Positions 61,024 to 63,600 of a DNA stretch of 63,600 bases are shown here, piece by piece. Within the stretch, counting starts at the first letter, position 1; every line of letters starts with the position of its first letter. Source of the DNA: Ginglymostoma cirratum (taxonomy: Eukaryota); contig JAHRHZ010000118.1 of the NCBI GenBank assembly GCA_024137785.1, positions 1-63,600 of the forward strand. Direction: 5' to 3'. The notes beneath the pieces are model-generated. The model did no database searches. It was not told where the DNA came from and saw only the letters and a program-made list of their open reading frames with translations. The position numbers and the translations under genes were made by a program.

Positions 61024-62735
61024 CTACAAACAGGGAACAGGAGAAAGAGAAACTGAAATTAGTGAACCTTTAGCAGTTTACATTTACAAAACACCATTTA
61101 CATAGTAAAAACATTCCAAGGAGCAGCTAGGTAAAGGAATATTGACAATGAACCAAAAAATTGAAGGCATTGAGACAGATATGGGAACTTGGGACATTGG
61201 AGCAGAAAAACAGAAAACAGTTCTTCAAGCCTGCTACTTCATTCATTAATAAGATCATGGCTGATCTGGTTGTTGTCTCACTTCCACTTTCCAGACAGCA
61301 CCAGTCTCTGGGGCAGTAGGGGTACATCAGGGCTCAGCAACTGAGTCCCAGATCTCTGGGCCCCACTGTGCTTGTGTGGGGGCAAGGCTACTGTGCTAAG
61401 TTGGGGTCCTGAACCAGTAGCAACACCGAGGTCCTTGATTTCTGTATCGACCCCTGGTCTGCATCCTATTACCTTCAATTCCCATGTTTATCAAAAATCT
61501 ATCTCATCCCTGTGTAAATTTATAGATCAGTTACCTTCTAGAGAAAAAGAATTCCTCACTCTTAACTGACCTTGGGAGACTAAAATTCTCTTTAACTCTA
61601 TCATAAAAGTGAGATCCTTTGTTCTTCAAGTATGTCCCCTAGTTTTAGTCTTCCCCACGAAAGAAACCCATTGCTATTAGCCAAAGGGCCTCAGAAAAAG
61701 AATGCAGCAGCTTAGAAAACTGAAATGGATCAAATGCAAAGTCTAAATGGACAGCTGAACTGATTGACACCCAAACAAGATCAGATGAGAGAATTTTGAA
61801 GTATTACAGTTGAACAAAATTATGATAAATCCCAACATAGGAGATATTCTTGTGAACACAACATTGAAAAAAATTAAAAATGAAGCCCTTTGTTTTAAAG
61901 TTTACATCAGTGCAAGATGTCAGAAACGTGAAACTTCTTGTTTTTAATCAGGTTTCCTAAGCACATCTGTGATGCGTTCTCGAGTGCAGAAGAGTTTGTA
62001 ACTTTACTTGTGAGAAAGGGAAGGAAATATTGCAATTTAGCTTAGAAAGGTAATAAGATCAGATTAGTAATACAAAGGTACTCAGTGACTGAAACTCACT
62101 TTTGGTGGGGCAGTAGATGTGGTGTTTTTCTTAGCAAAAATATTGGAAGAAATTGTAAAAAGCATTTGAGTAGCAACAGTCATTGAATGCTATACGATAA
62201 TAAGTCACTATAGAGTAAAATACACTCAACAAGTGTGCGAATGAAGAAAAGACTGAGGATTGATTTTGCATTTTTAAAACAGATATTGGAGAATGGAGAA
62301 ATCTCCAAGTTGGAATGGGTGGATAGAAGGGGTCACCGAGTGAATTTTTGTTTAAACAAAAGAGCAAATCCTCAGAAACTGTCATCCATACTGGAAAAGG
62401 GATACTTAGAAAGTCAATATGCAAAGAAAAAATGGGAATATAGCATGTAGCATTTTGTATGACTTGTTTTATTTGTCTTAAAAAATATTGATTTAAAAGG
62501 ATAAAAGGGAATCTATTATTGTATAATATAGTCTAAAGGAATGCCTGAGACCTTAAAATTTAATGGTAGGCTTTATATACCTTCACACTTGATCTGAAAC
62601 ACCATTTAGAAAAAGTGTTTCTCCTGAGGTACATGATACAAAACATGACTTATATCCATTCCTCCTCCCCTTACCCCCCTCCAAACAAAAATACAAAATT
62701 TTTTCATTTCTTAACTTTTAACTTATATTATTATT

Positions 62736-63292
62736 TTACGCTCTGGGCAATGCATCTGCAACCATATTATTTGTTCCAGAAATATGAATAACCTTACCAT
62801 TAAACAGTTGAAATAACATTTTCTGAGTAGTCTTACATTTCAAGTTTTGAACTTTTCAATGAACGCCAGTGGGTTATGGTCACTGTAGATTAATGTATAT
62901 CTGTTACAATGTCAAACACAGACTTCAAAATGTTGAAGAGCCAATGACAATCTTAAAGTCTCCTTCTGTTTAGTAAAATACTTCCACTGAGAAGTATGAC
63001 CTAATAAGTTACTGCTACTCTTGTGAATGCACTTTTGGACAAGTTTATTGCAAAACCAGTGAAGTGTAATTGCTTAAGCGAGTCTGCTACTTGTCTCAGA
63101 TGTTCCTCTCATGTGTTACTACATATTTCAGCTATGACTTGATTGGTTAGCCTTTCGAATGTAGTTGGGGCATTCATTAATCCAAGTTGCATTACTTGAC
63201 ACAGGTCTAATCCATTTTGAGTCACAAAAGTGGATATCTTCTTCCTGTTTGATGTTAATAGCACTTGCCAGTACCACTTCAATAGATCAATC
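62736..63292 (-). mobile_element. Degenerate Ty3/Gypsy pol fragment (RT + RNase H) in an ACAP1 intron
   Basis: IDLLKWYWQV...FVTQNGL...VMQLGLMNAPTTFERL...EEHL...INLSKS; LALQHFEV...YSDHNPL...ISGTNNMVADALPRA*. Confidence 0.8.
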
Positions 63293-63474
63293 TTAGAAAC
63301 ACAGGAACATGTGAAGGCTACTCACCCTGTTCCACCATTCAATGAGATCATGGCTAATCTGTGGCCTAACTCCATTTATCTGCTTTTGGCCTGTACCCCT
63401 TAATAACATTTGGTTAACAAAAAAATTGTCTGTCTCAGACTTAAAATTAACAACTGATCTTGTATTCACTGCTT

Positions 63475-63600
63475 CAGAGATAGTATGAACTGCAGATGCT
63501 GGAGAATCTGAGATAACAAGGTGTAGAGCTGGATGAACACAGCAGGCCAAGCAGCATCAGAGGAGCAGGAAGGCTGACGTTTCGGGCCTAGACCCTTCTT
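63475..63600 (-). mobile_element. Penelope terminal repeat (runs off the window), inserted in a CR1 3' fragment (63295-63472)
   Basis: Same sequence family as 15640-15760. Confidence 0.85.

Noticed and set aside
62790-62800. ATG|gtaagg as an additional ACAP1 donor
   Set aside because: The upstream sequence translates as Gypsy RNase H, not ArfGAP or linker.

Overview
Repeat-rich vertebrate genomic DNA, most likely a cartilaginous fish (shark): it carries HE1/V-SINE-like and Deu-SINE-like elements plus CR1, Penelope, Tx1 and Rex-type retroelements. Protein-coding content: (1) the last two coding exons of an SLC16A13-like monocarboxylate transporter (+, 8405-10403; exons 1-2 not found, N-gap at 3957-3966); (2) a complete 4-exon, 450-aa SLC16A11/13-like paralog lying tail-to-tail with it (-, 32913-20868); (3) an orphan, inactivated duplicate of SLC16 coding exon 1 (-, 45018-44814) absent from the ORF track; (4) the last five coding exons of ACAP1 (-, 61023-55624), also absent from the ORF track. 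The most unusual non-genic signals are a dispersed family of Penelope-derived ends carrying minimal hammerhead-ribozyme cores (several as TSD-flanked fold-back mini-elements), a 1.76-kb Penelope palindrome in an SLC16 intron, a CpG-rich promoter made of ~106-bp repeats each with CCAAT, MYB-like and CHR motifs but no recognisable downstream CDS, and an apparent templated copy of a CR1 end plus unique flank 12.5 kb away. All family assignments are from motif recognition by eye; no searches were run, and repeat boundaries are approximate.
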